Assembly (NCBI GenBank): GCA_964016885.1
Contig: OZ024751.1
Location: forward strand, 34,906,001 to 34,970,000
DNA: 64,000 nt
From: Eledone cirrhosa
Taxonomy: Eukaryota
Direction of reading: 5' to 3'
The notes under the pieces are model-generated. The model made no database searches. It saw nothing but the letters and a program-made list of their open reading frames with translations, and had not been told where the DNA came from. Position 1 is the first letter of the stretch; every line of letters begins with the position of its first letter. Below are positions 23,518 to 38,678 of the stretch, piece after piece. Made by a program: the position numbers and the translations under genes.

Positions 23518-25522
23518 ATTTAGCCTAATAGGGCAACCTGTTCCAGTTGTGACCATTGTCTCAATTCATTTCCATACAGTAAGAGAAAGGTGCTTCAACA
23601 TCGCCTTTACTGAAATAGCTAAACTAGGACTACATTATCCAATATAGCTTACCTTATTAATTGACCAAGTAGAGGCTCCTTCGTTGATCTGTCATTCTAT
23701 AAGAGTTTATAAAAATAAATACCAACTATACACTGGATTCAATTCAATCTACCTTACATACTGATCTCTTCAGTCGGTCATATCAACACTGAATTTGTCT
23801 TTCTTTCCATCTTCTTATCTATTATACTCTATTCAAATTCCGTCTCGATCGATCGATTCTGTTTGTCAAGTATTGTAGATATAATTGCCATTAAAATACT
23901 TAGTTGATTTGTTTCAATCTAGTTCTTGCCTATAGATCGGTGCTAGCCCATTGCCAAAATTAAATATATGTCTCCAGTTATCTCACCTGTGTTGAAAACT
24001 GAGGACTGCCTTTAAGACTACTTCTAAGTGTTTATTCCCTTCTAAAATGTTTAGTCTTGTTTGTCGGTAACAAACCATTTTAAAATGATTGAAAACTCAG
24101 TAGATATGGTGGGTGGAGTTGGATTAAATGCCTCTCACAAAACTATTGTGTAATGTTCTTGTTATTAACCCTTTTCATACAAAACCGACCCTGGTTCTAA
24201 AATACAAAGCTATTTATTTAAAAACCTTCTGTAATAATTTTATGTAAGAATCTTTGTTATATTCCAAACACCAGATTAATACTTACATAATTAAATCCCT
24301 CCAAATTCTTATTAGTTTCAGAATTGTTTCAAAATCATAGGCAGTGTCTTTCATTAATGTCTAATGTGTTTTCATCCTTCGGTGGTCGATTAAAAAGGTA
24401 CCAGTTAAGTAATTGGGTCGATTTAATCGCGTTATTACCCAGTACTTATTGCCCTGCCAAATCACCACATACACCTATAACTTCATACCTATCCCCTCTC
24501 CCCAGAACAGAGATGGCTCTACAGTTGGGTCTATGACCAACAACTTCTCTAGTGATGGTGCCACGAAAATGCGCCCAGTACACTTTATAAGGGTGGTTGG
24601 CGACAGGAAGGGCACTCCGCTGTAAAAACTTTGCCTAAAAAGATTGAGACCCTTTAGTTGTGTTAAAGACAGCAACCTCTCTAGTGTTGGTTATCTACAC
24701 GATAAACTTACCCAGGAAAAACATTGGAGAATTGCAGGAACTTGACTGTAGTGTGTCTGAACTACCAGAAGGCTTTTGATAGTAAAACATCATGGGTGAA
24801 TTATCAAGACTTCACAGTTAGCCAAAGTCCCACAACCATAATGTACTGACTTGAAATGAGGGCACATTAGATAATGTAGTCTTGGGTATACTATGACTGA
24901 ATAACTGCTCGTGTAGAGCTGACTTGGAGCTATATGTCTACCATTTAGTCTCATGAAGCTCTCCTACTGAAAGAGTTAATGGAGACTGGGGCTGTTAATT
25001 ATTACATCATCATCATCATCAAGCTAGTGCTTATTGTGCTTTTATTTGCATTGAGCAACTGGAATTACAAGACGGAATGCCAGTCTGTTGCAGGATTAAT
25101 ACCCAGTTACTAATACTCATTTTCAACTGACTGTACTAGAGCAACGTGAAATGAAGTGTTTTGCTCAAGAATCAAACCCTTGACATTATGATAATAAGTC
25201 CAACACTAACCACTTGGCTACATGCCTTCATAGATCATATCATGTTGTACTCTAATTATTATTATTTTTATCATTAACAATAGAGCAGTGGATGGCAGAG
25301 CCATTATACTATCAGACACATATATAATAGTATTTTTCCAGCTCCTTACCTTCTGAGTTCAAGTCCCATTGTGACCAAATTGGCCTTTCATACTTTCAGG
25401 AGTCAAAATATGTACCAGTCAAGTACTGGGGTCGATATAAACGACTTTCCCCTTCTTCCAGATTGCTGGCGTTGTGCCAATGTTAGAAAGAATTATTATT
25501 ATGAATTTATTTTGTTTGCTAG

Positions 25523-25620
25523 GTGATAGATGGTGGTGATATGGATATCAGCTTTTACATACAAGGCCCAAACAATGCTATCCTCGTTGCTGAAGAGAGA
25601 AAGTCAGAATCTTCACATAA
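25523..25620 (+). CDS. TMED5: TMED exon 2
   Basis: AG|VIDGGDMDISFYIQGPNNAILVAEERKSESSH(K)|GTAAGT; phases 0 and 2 fit. Confidence 0.93.
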
Positions 25621-26239
25621 GTAAGTTAAAGTTGTGTCCTTTCCAGTTTTAATATAGTTGTAAGATGTTGCTCCCTACTATTGGGGAATTTAGTTGTTAC
25701 TTTATTTGTTTTATTTGTATTGTCTTTAATCTTTTCTACCCCTGTGACCAATAAAGAAATTATTAGCTGATAGATAGGTAAAGTGGCTAGAGTGTGAGAC
25801 AGAGTGCTTTGCAGCATTCAGTTAACATATCTTGGCAGTATCAGTGGTGCATTTCACAAAATGGTTTGAGATATTTAGTTAAGCCTTTCTATGTTCTGAG
25901 ATTTCACCATGGTCAACTTTGCCTTTCATAAAATATAGAATCATTTAAGTACTGGGGATGATATAATTGATTTTCTCCTTTCCACAAAAGTAGAAACAAT
26001 CACAGGGGTAGTAGAATGGCAGTATCAGAAGAACATTGGACAAAATGCTTTGACACATATGGTTATGTCCCTTATGTTCTTAGTTCAAATACTGTTGAGG
26101 TTAGCTTTGCCTTTCACCTTTACAGGGTTGATAAAATAAAGTACCAGTAATGTACTGGTGTCAATTTAATCGACTTTCCCTTCTCCCAAAATTGTTGGTC
26201 TTGTGACTAAATCAGAAACACTTATTATTATTATTACAG

Positions 26240-26423
26240 AGTGAATGTCCAGATGACAGGAACTTACAAGATCTGTTTTGATAACACATTCAGCCGTTTC
26301 TTCAGAAAAGTGGTCTATTTTGATATCATCACAGAGAATGAGGAAGATGATGACAATGGTAACTGGACAGTTAATAACGACGATACTGCAGAATTGATGG
26401 AGATTAAGCTGGAGGATTTTAAA
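26240..26423 (+). CDS. TMED5: TMED exon 3
   Basis: GTYKICFDNTFSRFFRKVVYF (GOLD motif)..MEIKLEDFK|GTAAGT. Confidence 0.94.
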
Positions 26424-26569
26424 GTAAGTTCTCTCCTTGTTTTTTAGCCCTAAGTCAGCTATGACATTGTCCAATGTGTCCTTCCTTTTTTAAGATAGTA
26501 GAGTGTAATTTCAGGGAGATGACAACCTGCTATGATGAAATGCACACGGTAGTGCGTGGGAATCATGAC

Positions 26570-28560
26570 CATCATCACCGTTTTATGTCCGTTCTTCCAT
26601 GCTAGCATGGGTTAGACAGGTTGTCCTGTTGTGGGCAGTGTCCAGTCGGCTGACCTTGTCTTGCTCATACGGGAACTGATTCTGGCTTGATTTCTACAGT
26701 TGGATGCCCTTCCTAACACCAACCTCATTTACAGTGAGTGCTGGGTGCTTTTTTTCCGTAGCGCCTACACGTCCACATTACATTGTGGGCTGGGTGCTTT
26801 TTGCCGTGGCACCTCCATGACCACTTTTCAGTGGAATTATAGGGACCCCAGTCCTATCATCTCATTTCTACAGCTGAATAAACTGGAGCAATGTGAAATA
26901 AAGTGTCTTGCTCAACAAAGCAACACATCACCTGGTCCGAAAATTGAACTCACAACCTTTCGATTGCAAGCCCAATGCTCTAACCACTAAGCCATGCGCC
27001 TTCACATGTTTTGGGAATGTTTTGTGCTGGTGCCTCATTAGAATGTACTCGATAGAGCATTGGAATGTTTTGTGAAATGTGGGTCCCTAGTGGACACGAC
27101 AACCTCCTTAGTGCTGGTGCCACATTAAAATGTACTCAGTAGAACATGGGAATGTTTTGTAAACAAGAAGTAGGCACTCGGTTGAAAGTAGGAAGATAAG
27201 ATGCAGGGCCACTGACCTCCCAGATAGGCTGGTTTGCATCTCTCTTCCATACAGTTCTGCATTCTACCAAGTGCATTTTATCAGGGCACCAGGACTAGAG
27301 CAGATGTCATGTCTTTGAGACAATTGAAAGTTCCTCCTAACTTTTTGCTTAGCAAGCTCTCTTTGACTGAATGCCCTTCTGAATACTAGCCACCTTTCAG
27401 CATGTACTGGGTGCTTTTATCATGCAGATCTTCAGCACTAGAAAGGTTGTCATTTCCATGACACACCTGAGGAGTCCTCCCAACTCTTTGTTTGGCAAAC
27501 TTTCTATGGCTGAATGCCCTTCCTATCACCAACCACTTTACATCATGTACTGTGTATATTTCTCGTATAGATCACCAACAGATGTGGTGGCGTTGAAACA
27601 ACTGAATGGTTCTCTTAGAGCGAGGTGCCCTTCCTGTTGCCAACCACCTTACAAGGTGCATTTTCATTGCATCATCACTAGAGAAGTTGTTGGTCATAGT
27701 CCCAACTGAAGAGTGTTCTCTGCTCTGGGAAGGACAGGCATATGTATATATATATATATGATATATGTATGTTATGGCCTCAGCTGGATGGCAGGAACAG
27801 GTAAAGGAGTATGTAATATATTGCTCAGAGTCGATGGAAGCCGTGGAGTGGGGAGACCCAAGAAGACTTGGGACAAGGTGATAAAAGCTGACCTTGCCCA
27901 GTTGCACCTCTCAAAGGCGATGACACAGGACCGAGATCTCTGGTGTTACACAGTATTACTGAAAACCAAACTTTCCATGGCCACAGGCTGTGTCTGAAAC
28001 ATATAAATAGTATGCACCACCCCACAATACCCTTTCCCATACATCTCCCATGAGGACAGGCTGAAGCATACATCCAGTGAAGTCTCCAGTCCACACTGTA
28101 AAGAGGTTGTGTAGGCATCACAGCAAAAAGCACCCAGTCTGCACTGTAAAGCGGTCATTTAGGTGTCAGGCCAAAAAGCACTCACTGTAAATGAGGTTGT
28201 AAATTGATGGAAGCTACGGAGTAGAAAGTCCTTGGACGAGGTGATAAAAGATGGCCTTGCACACTTGGACCTCTCTAAGGCAATGACACAAGATCTTTGG
28301 CGTTATGCAGTAATACAGAAGACCCACCTTCCCTTGTACACAGTCTTGAACTTACACTCAGTAGGCACCTCTCAATCCAATATACACCCCCACACCTCCC
28401 TCCTACTTCCGCCCGCACACCCTTACTCTGTAAAGTTGTGTTTATATCACAAAACATCCAGCCCAAACTATAAAGTGGGCGTGTAAAAGAGACGGCCAAA
28501 AGCACCCAGCCCACACTGTAAATGTGGTTGCAGTTAGGAAAGGCATCCATCAGAAACACC
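26570..28560. mobile_element. Patchwork of RTE 3'-end/3'-UTR fragments and a SINE fragment
   Basis: Recurrent AAAAGCACCCAG-CACACTGTAAA 3'-UTR motif in both orientations; GVGRPKKTWDKVIKADL fragment at about 27830-27970. Confidence 0.7.
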
Positions 28561-28991
28561 TATCCCATTATACAGTGGTAGCCATATCTGGACCCTGGAA
28601 CCTAAGGTAACACATATATGTGTGTGTGTGTGTGTTTTAGCAATTACATTACTCTAAATTTATTATTGTATTTTCACAGTAAATGCTTTACCTCACATAA
28701 TTATCTCACATATCAAATCTATGAGATTTTGATATTATTTTGAGAACAATACCTTAACATCAGTATGAGCGTACAGTTTGAACAGAAAGATGTAAGAGAA
28801 TTCTGGCTGGATATGGCTGGTTTAAATGTTAACGGGTTAAAGCCATTTTCTCTCCTAACACAGGGTTTAGCCTTTCAAACCTTGCGCCAGACTTATTACT
28901 CATCATGGGGTCTTTCTAAAAACTAGGATACACATAGGCAAAACAGAACTTCCTGATAACATATTGTATGTATTTATTTGATTTTTTTCAG

Positions 28992-29228
28992 TTAATAGTT
29001 GGACGTGTAAAAGAGAATTTGGAGAGATCACATCAGGTCCAGAATTACCTGAAGATGTTTGAAGCCCGAGATCGTAACATCCAGGAATCTAATTTTGAAC
29101 GCGTCAATTGGTGGTCTGGCTTCCAGTTGTTCCTTATGATGTCAGTGGCATTAACACAGGTATTCATGATACGCAGTCTATTTGATGACCACAGCCGACT
29201 ACATAAAGTGTTCCACACACGCTCCTGA
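28992..29228 (+). CDS. TMED5: TMED exon 4: coiled coil, transmembrane helix, cytoplasmic tail, stop
   Basis: [29 protein letters not shown] is the p24-gamma signature; TGA at 29226-29228; spliced product 227 aa. Confidence 0.95.
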   Translation, partial: LIVGRVKENLERSHQVQNYLKMFEARDRNIQESNFERVNWWSGFQLFLMMSVALTQVFMIRSLFDDHSRLHKVFHTRS

Positions 29229-29315
29229 GTAGCGCTACAACGAATGGAAAAGAAACGAGAAAAGGGGAGAAGAAAAGGACAAAGCCAAATATAACTTTAT
29301 TACACACATTCACAC

Positions 29316-29350
29316 ATGTTTATATATATATATTTATATTTATATATGTT

Positions 29351-29381
<31 letters not shown>

Positions 29382-29456
29382 GTTTATATATATATATATA
29401 TATATATGTTTATTTATATATGTTTATATATATATATATATGTTTATATATATATT

Positions 29457-29490
<34 letters not shown>

Positions 29491-29502
29491 TATATATATA
29501 TT

Positions 29503-29558
<56 letters not shown>
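29316..29558. repeat. (TA)n/(TTTA)n microsatellite 3' of the TMED stop
   Basis: Direct inspection. Confidence 0.95.
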
Positions 29559-29561
<3 letters not shown>

Positions 29562-29575
29562 TTAATATAGAAATG

Positions 29576-29624
29576 GATTCTACATGACTAGAACTGTTTC
29601 ATTCATATGAAATCATCAGGAATC
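29576..29624 (-). ncRNA. Hammerhead ribozyme-like motif in the left arm of foldback element 29559-29730
   Basis: GAUUC-CUGAUGA-UUUC(AUAU)GAAU-GAAA-CA..UG-UA-GAAUC: perfect 5-bp stem I and intact core, but a U.U pair at the base of stem II. Confidence 0.65.
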
Positions 29625-29939
29625 TTGATGATTTCATATAACTGAAATAGTTCTAGTCCTGTAGAAGCCATTTTATATTAAATATTGGTGTTTTCACTCT
29701 ACTAATGTATTGAATACCTTGTTTACTGTGGTTACCCTTGATTTAACTTGGGATCTACATATATATGTGTGTGTGTATATGATTACGATTATGATTTTTT
29801 TCCCCTCTGAAATGTGACTGTAACAAATGTACAATTTGTTGCATTTTTAGAGGAAAATTTTGTGTTGACTCAGCCTGCGAGTTCTTTGATTTGGCTTGAG
29901 GTTACTTGTTTCAACAAACGAGCAAAATATAATAATATA

Positions 29940-31812
<1,873 letters not shown>

Positions 31813-32142
31813 ATATTTTTTCTCATTTTTACTATTATTGTTCAAATTTTTTTTATTAATTTTTGAGATTTATACAAAACTTTATAGTAGGAAGAGCCTT
31901 TATATTTCTATTTATATATTTTTGTCTTCCTTCTCATATTCTCTCTCAAACTACCACAAGTATTTCTTAAAAAAGTATTATATACATTTTTTTCTTGTTT
32001 GTTTTTTTTTTCTTTTAAACTGTATTATAACTTTATTATGCAATACAGAATACAAGGGTTATAATACATTACTTGTTCCATTATGTCATTTTATTTTTGT
32101 TTTCTTTAAAGAAATTTATTATATGTATTTTATATGTAAAGA

Positions 32143-32345
32143 TGCATGGCCTAGCAGTCAGGATGTTGGACTCCCAGTAGTAAGGCCAGTGGTTCAGTTC
32201 CTGGACTTGGATGGTATGTTGTTGCGCCCTTGAGCAAGACATTTCATTTCATGTTGCTCCAGTTCATTCTGTTGGGAATAAGAATGAATAGCAGCAACTG
32301 AGAGTTAACCCCTGAAAGGGTTTGGCATCCAATTCAGGATGAGTG
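32143..32345 (+). mobile_element. tRNA-derived SINE (second family)
   Basis: TGGCCTAGCAG..GGTTCAGTTCC head then CCTTGAGCAAGACATTTCATTTCA; minus-strand relatives near 25080-25230 and 26870-27005. Confidence 0.65.
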
Positions 32346-32544
32346 TTTTCATGAGAAAACTAGGACCCCTGACATTGAAATACTTAAAAAAAACTTGTAG
32401 GATGCCAACAAAGCCTGACTATGTGTCAATTATCTTTCTTCTCTGTTACAAGTATATGTGGCAGGGTGGTCGTGTTTGATAGTGGCTTCCCCAATATGAC
32501 AGCAATCCAATAACTAAAACCAGTTAATATATATATACATTGAC

Positions 32545-34800
32545 AGTCCCCCATTCCATTATCAGGCGGGCTCTTAGAAAACTAAGACTAGATGAGTGGT
32601 GTGAGGGCAGTACAAGCCATATATAGAGGAACAGTCAGCAAGGTTAAAATTAACAATGACTATAGTGAAGAATTTAGAGTTCAGATAGGAGTCCATCAGG
32701 ACTCCATTCTTAGCCCTTTCCTGATCCTGTAGGCTATAATTAAAAAAAGTCTAAGGCTGGTTGTCCATGGAAACTTGTGTATGCAGATGAGCTAACCCTT
32801 AGAGCTGTATATATGGCAGAATTACAGAAGAGATTCCAAACCTGGAAACATGACCTAGAATCAAAAGGTCTTAAAGACAACTTGTCAAAGACTAAAGTCC
32901 TAGTATGTAGAACGGAAAACAGGGCCCAGATTCCCTCAAAGAAATGGCCTTGCTCAATGAGCAGAGGAGTATGTACAAATTCCATCCTATGTCCCAAATG
33001 CAAACTATAGGTACACAATAGTTGTAATGGGATTTCAGGCTGGCTAGCAAAGAGTATAAGTTTTATATGTGAGCAATGCACAGGTGCAGTAAGTAGCTAG
33101 AGCTCACAGTATACTAGCTCCTTTAAATGATCAGAGGGCTCTGTAAAAGTAGTTGATAGTTTGTTACTTGGGTGACCAAATTAGCAGTAGATGTTAGTGT
33201 TCTAAAAATACAGTAGCTTTTGGGAGAACAAGATGGAAAAAGTTCAGAGAACTACTAACTATGATAGGTTTTTTTTTCCCCTCAAAATGAAGATCAGGTT
33301 GTATGTTGTGTGTTTACAAACAGCAATTGCTGCATGGTAGTGAGATCTGGGTTTTGTCTGCAGAGGTCGTATGAAGATTGGAAAGAAATGAAGCTTACAT
33401 GCTCTGATGGATGTGTAAGGTGCTTATGCTGGTGTCATGAAAAAAGACCACGGAGTCCTCTCTATTAGGTCACATGATAAAAGAGCACCTAACCCTCCCT
33501 GTAGGGTGATCATGCTGGTGATATGACAGGTGGGCACCCAGTCCTCCCTGTGAGGTGGTTGTGTTGAAGACATGACAGAAGGCACCCGGGAAAGTGGTCA
33601 TGTTGAAGACATGACAAAAAGCGCTCAGCTCACACTGTGGTTGTGTTTGCGACATGACAAAAAGCACCCAATCCACACTGTAAAGTCATCAAGTTACTAT
33701 CATGACAAAAAACACCCAGTCCACACTGTAAAATGGTTGTTTTGGTGCCACAATAAAAGGCACCCAGTTCATGCTGTAAATGTGTTTGGCATTAGGAAGG
33801 GCATCCAGCTGTAGAAAACAAGCCAGAAACGGTCCTGTGTGAGCAAAACACGGTCATCTGATCTGACTAGCATAGCAGCATCATTGTCAACTGCTACAAG
33901 GGCAAAGGTGATGTGCTAGACAGAGGGTAACTACTGTGGCATTAAACTGATGGACCAGGTCATGAAAGTTACAGAAAGAGCCATTGATTAGGGTTCGAAA
34001 TGAGATGCAATTTCGATTTGTGCCAGGAAAAAGTACAATGGATGCCCTATTCTTTGTGAGGCAACTACATGAAAAGTATTTAGCATTTGTTGACCAGGAA
34101 AAAACTTGACAGGGTCCCCCATCTTTTATATGCAGACAACTGTGAACTAGTAAATCACACTGAGCAAAGCTTACAGAAACTAATTAGTGCATTCAATTCT
34201 ACATGTAACATATTTGATTTCACAATTAATTTGAAAACAACTGTTGTAATGCATAACCTGCCATTTGGGTACAAATCAACACTTCAGATACTGGTTATGG
34301 GTACAGTGCTTAAAGTTGTGACTTCTTTTGAATACTTGGATAGAGTGATACATGTTGATGGAAACTTAGACACACAGATCACTTCTTGCATTCAAAGAGC
34401 AGCAGAAGTCTTCGGTAGCATTGAATCTAAAGTCTGGTCGTAGTGTCATATCAAAGCTGACTCTAAGATCATGCTATTTGTCTGAAAATTTGACAATATA
34501 CACACGTCATGTAAAAATGTTAGAATATTTTCACCTGAAATGCCTCTACCATATTCTCAGAATAAGCTGGTCCTGACACTGAGGTTCTCACAAAAGCTAG
34601 GATCATATCAAACCAAGCCATGCTTATTAGGAATCAACTACAATGGACAGGCCATGGATGAGTGCATTCCCAAACATTATGCTAGGAAAGAGAGGAAAAA
34701 AAGCCAAAGAAATGACACAAAGACTCTTTAAAATAAAATTTGATATCTTATAAATTATGTTAAAAACGTCTTGAATCACTTGCAACAGATAGGGAAACAT
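32545..34800 (+). mobile_element. Degenerate RTE LINE fragments (several nested pieces)
   Basis: YADELTL..TKVLVCR, NCYKGKGD, QFRFVPGKST, LYADNCEL..FEYL with stops and frameshifts. Confidence 0.8.
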
Positions 34801-35299
34801 GACTAGCTACGACTTGGATTTTGTGCTTGACAGAATTAAGCATGCCAAAACGAAATGGGATTAATATCCCTAGTGCTGGGAGTGATTCTCATTCTTTCTC
34901 TAAATGTTCCTTGTGTACAAAAGTATGCATATCTCGCGCTATTCTGTGATCGCAACACTGCACCCATAATTATTAGAATTTTATTCCGGATGGCAAGTTT
35001 CAATACCATGTTTGTCAAAAAACCCGCAAGTCACAGAAAATTGAAGAGGCACGTGAACATTCATAATAAACTAGAGGAAATGAAATTTTCAAATTTTCGT
35101 TGTTTATTGTTTTTAATCAATTGTTTACATCCTTTTATATGTAAATCCCCACTGTCCATTTCTCTTGTATTGTACATAATGTTTTCAGCCATAGTTGCGT
35201 TGTTCTTCTTCGGAGAGTCCCAGGGGCAGAGTCCTCAAGCATGCCTTCCAGCGGGTTCTGTCAGAAAAATAAAAATTGTCTCCAATTAACCCAGCTGGA

Positions 35300-36290
35300 T
35301 CCCTAAAAGAGACCAGCCGAGGTTGTGGATATTATCCAACTATCTTGCTCAGGGTCTACCCTTGGGTCTCCTGTCGGTTGGTTTTGCTAACCACATGCCC
35401 ATAGTATCGGAGATGTGATCCTTAATTCAGTGAAGTAGCAGCTCTACGTGGAACGATTTCCTAATCTCTGAACTACGCATTCTATCGAGTAACGTTACTC
35501 CAAAGAGGAATATCATTTCGGCCGCTTGTATTCGCGATCGTATTCTTCGGGTCATTGCTCAAGATTTATGACCACAGGTAATGTTTGGCACGAATACTGA
35601 ATTGACGATAGCTAGTTTGGCAATTAATTAACAGACGTCAAAGACAATTTATGAATCATATAGAGCCCTGTAGGAATATATATACACACATGTTAGGGTT
35701 AAGGCTCCCTTCTCATGTGAAATTAATCCGGTAAATCGAATGAGATATTTTCATTTTCTTCATACTTGATGGTCGTTTTTGTTTACTTCTTTCTCTCGTT
35801 CTTATTGTATATTTTGGTGCGTTATATTTGTGATGTTCATAGCAATAGTTAGTTCTATTTATTATATGTGCTTATATTTTCATTCTTAAATAATTCTGAA
35901 CAATTTTTAATGTTATTTATACAACTCTGAATAGATCGTTATATTTTGTCGATGACAGGGTTTTGGGAGTAACGTTACTCGATAAAGTGCGTAGCTCGGA
36001 GATCAGAGAGTCACTCCGGGTAGAGCCGTTACTTCTCCGAATTGAGAGATCACAGCTCTGATACTATAGGCATGAGGTTAGAATCGCTGGACAGATTTTA
36101 CGGGCAAAACTAATAGGTAGGAGATCCAGGGGCAGATCCCGATCAAGATGGTTGAATAACTTCCATGAGCTTGGTTGGTCACGCTTGTGGATCAATTGGA
36201 GACGGTTGCTTCAGACAGCACCCGCTGGAGAGAGTGTTTGAGGACTCTGCCTTCACGACCCTCTCAGGATGAAGTGGGTGAAAAAGAAAG
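35300..36290. mobile_element. Two diverged RTE-like 3' fragments in inverted orientation
   Basis: GGAGTAACGTTACTCGATA shared between about 35440-35500 (minus) and 35965-36050 (plus). Confidence 0.6.
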
Positions 36291-36349
36291 CTGCAAACCA
36301 ACGAACTTCTCCTATATCTGGCTAAAGTTATTCCCCCTGCATTTACATA

Positions 36350-36392
36350 TGGCTAGATGGCGCCATCTACAATAGTGGGAAAATTCAAAAAT
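36350..36392. promoter_or_regulatory. Putative GEN1 promoter: palindromic CTCF/YY1-like site and E2F/CHR-like composite
   Basis: TAGATGGCGCCATCTA (36354-36369), then GTGGGAAAATTCAAAA; candidate 5'-UTR donor AG|GTTAGT at 36450. Confidence 0.5.
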
Positions 36393-37029
36393 TATTTTCT
36401 GTTTGACGTTTAATTAATAACATACAACATTGTTCCGAGTGTTTCATAGGTTAGTACCTCTAATTAACACATTCACATATTATTGTAAAATTTAACGATC
36501 CTATTGTGTCATTTCTGTTGCCTTAAATCAGTGTAATTAAGTGAATCTATGTCGGTTTTCATATAATTACACACTTTTGGTACTCCTCGCTGCTGTCTTT
36601 TGCTCTGGTGTTGGCTCCGTTGTTCATCCCTTCCTTTACATTTTCTTTAATAGTGCAACATTAAAAAAAAATCTTTCTGAAAGAATCGCGAGCAATGGTT
36701 ATAATGTTATCTAAGCATTTGTAATGTTATTTATGTATATATTTAAAACATATTTGTTATGTTATTCTACTGTAAATTTATTTATATGCTTTGTATAATA
36801 AAAGTTTACTGCTTTACGATTTATTTCCTAAATATATTTTTTTAATGAATTTTTGCAAAGATACATTTTCGACGGTATAGATTATGATTATGTGTATGAA
36901 TTTTTAAAAAAAGGATAAGTGTTTTTTTTTTTTAAATCCAATTAAATGCCTGTCCCACTCTCTCCCTTGCTTCCTTTCCTCCATCTTGGTGAGAACATGG
37001 TCTAGTTCCAACCGGGTGAAGCTCTTCTA

Positions 37030-37262
37030 CGATGGTGGCCTACACAGCTTGAACGAGCTTCTTGTCTCTATTGTCCTCAGAGTGGGAGCCGATGTGTGTA
37101 TGGGTCTGAAATGTCAGCGTGGTAGATTCCTCGACTCTACAGGCATTCACGGTCTATCTTGCCGCCTGAATGCCAGTCGCTTCACGTATCACACTGAGCT
37201 AAACCTCATCATCAAGAGTGCTTTGGCTTGGGCAAACATCCCCCCAATTTTGGAACCTTCTG
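37030..37262 (+). mobile_element. CRE/RLE-type non-LTR retrotransposon fragment
   Basis: C..G..LD..GIHGLSC....RF..H.ELN.IIK.AL...NIPPILEP resembles the zinc knuckle that precedes restriction-like endonuclease domains. Confidence 0.65.
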
Positions 37263-37333
37263 TTGAAAGCTTATTTACATATTGTTTAAACTTGACTGGG
37301 TGGTGTTTTCTTTTTTGTTTGCAGCTTGTGACC

Positions 37334-37494
37334 ATGGGTGTTACTGACCTATGGTCAGTGCTTGGTCCAGTTAAGGAACATTTACAGCTGAGCAGATTAC
37401 ATGGACAGAGGGTTGCTGTGGACCTCAGCATTTGGATCTGTGAATCTCAAAGTAACAGGCAAATACAGGGAATTATAATGAAACCATTCCTCAG
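37334..37494 (+). CDS. GEN1: GEN1 (XPG/Rad2-family Holliday junction resolvase) coding exon 1
   Basis: MGVTDLWSVL..VAVDLSIWICESQ..KPFLR is the XPG-N start typical of GEN1; acceptor at 37322-37324, donor at 37495. Confidence 0.95.
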
Positions 37495-37539
37495 GTAACA
37501 ATAATATACATTGTCATTATCGTATATTTATGTGTTGAT

Positions 37540-37580
<41 letters not shown>

Positions 37581-38678
37581 TAAGAAAAACAAAGTTTTGT
37601 TTACATCTATTTAGTTTATTATTGTGTATTGACCTGTTACGCGTTTTGTAGAGGATTCACTGAATCCCCCCCCCCCCCCCCCACGCTCAAGCGTGAACCT
37701 AATACTAACACTTTGTACTGCCTCTTCGCTTTGTTTTGTTTTCTGTTTTAACTATATTATATGTGGATTGGCAGTATCGGTAGAGGGTCGGACGCCATAC
37801 TTTCCAGCATAGTTACGTCCCTTTACGATCTGAGTTCAAATCCCGCCGAGGTTGACTTTGCCTTTCATCCTTACGGGGTCGATAAAATAAAGTACCAGTA
37901 ATGCACTGGGTATTGCTGGCCTTGTGCCTAAAGTAGAAACAATTATATATATATATGTGTGTGTGTGTGTGCGTACATTAAGTGGCAGTTATTTACACCT
38001 GGCACTGTTGTCCTTTAGCAGGCCAATACATCTAGCATAGTAAAACTATTCATTCAAAACCAACTGCCGTGGGAGATGAAAGGTTGCCTAAACGAATTTG
38101 GTATATGAGTTAACTCATGGTAAGCGCCCCAGATACAAACCCATGAAACATTTCAGGGATGATGTTAATGGCAACTTGAAGACTCCTGGTATTAGTGTTA
38201 ACGATTGGAGAAGTCTCCTTTATGCTGACTGTGATTGCTTTGAGCTGAAAAGGCTTGAACATTCAGTGTTTAAAAAAACACTCAGAAAAGGTGATGTAGA
38301 CTCAGTCCCAGAGGATATCCAGTAGGAGTATGTCTAACACCTGTGGAAAGGTTGTTATTTCTTATGCTGTGCTTGCTAGTCATTTAAGAGCTCATAGCAA
38401 TCAGCTGTCTAGGGCCAATTATGTTGGTGTCCTCCCTGAAAGATCTGCAAGGTATTTGTGTAAGTTTTGCTGCTGGACTTAAGCAGCACATGAGAGTGCA
38501 TAAGGAGTAAGTTACATTCAGCAGTATCTGGGAGCCTTATGTGTATCACATCTGTAACAGGATATGCGGGAGTGAGGCAGGTTTGCATTGTCATTCATGG
38601 GCTCATGGCCGTTTAGCACAACGTTGAAGAGATGGCCCTCTTCCAAAAAGAAGTGGCAGTTATATATATATGTGTGTG

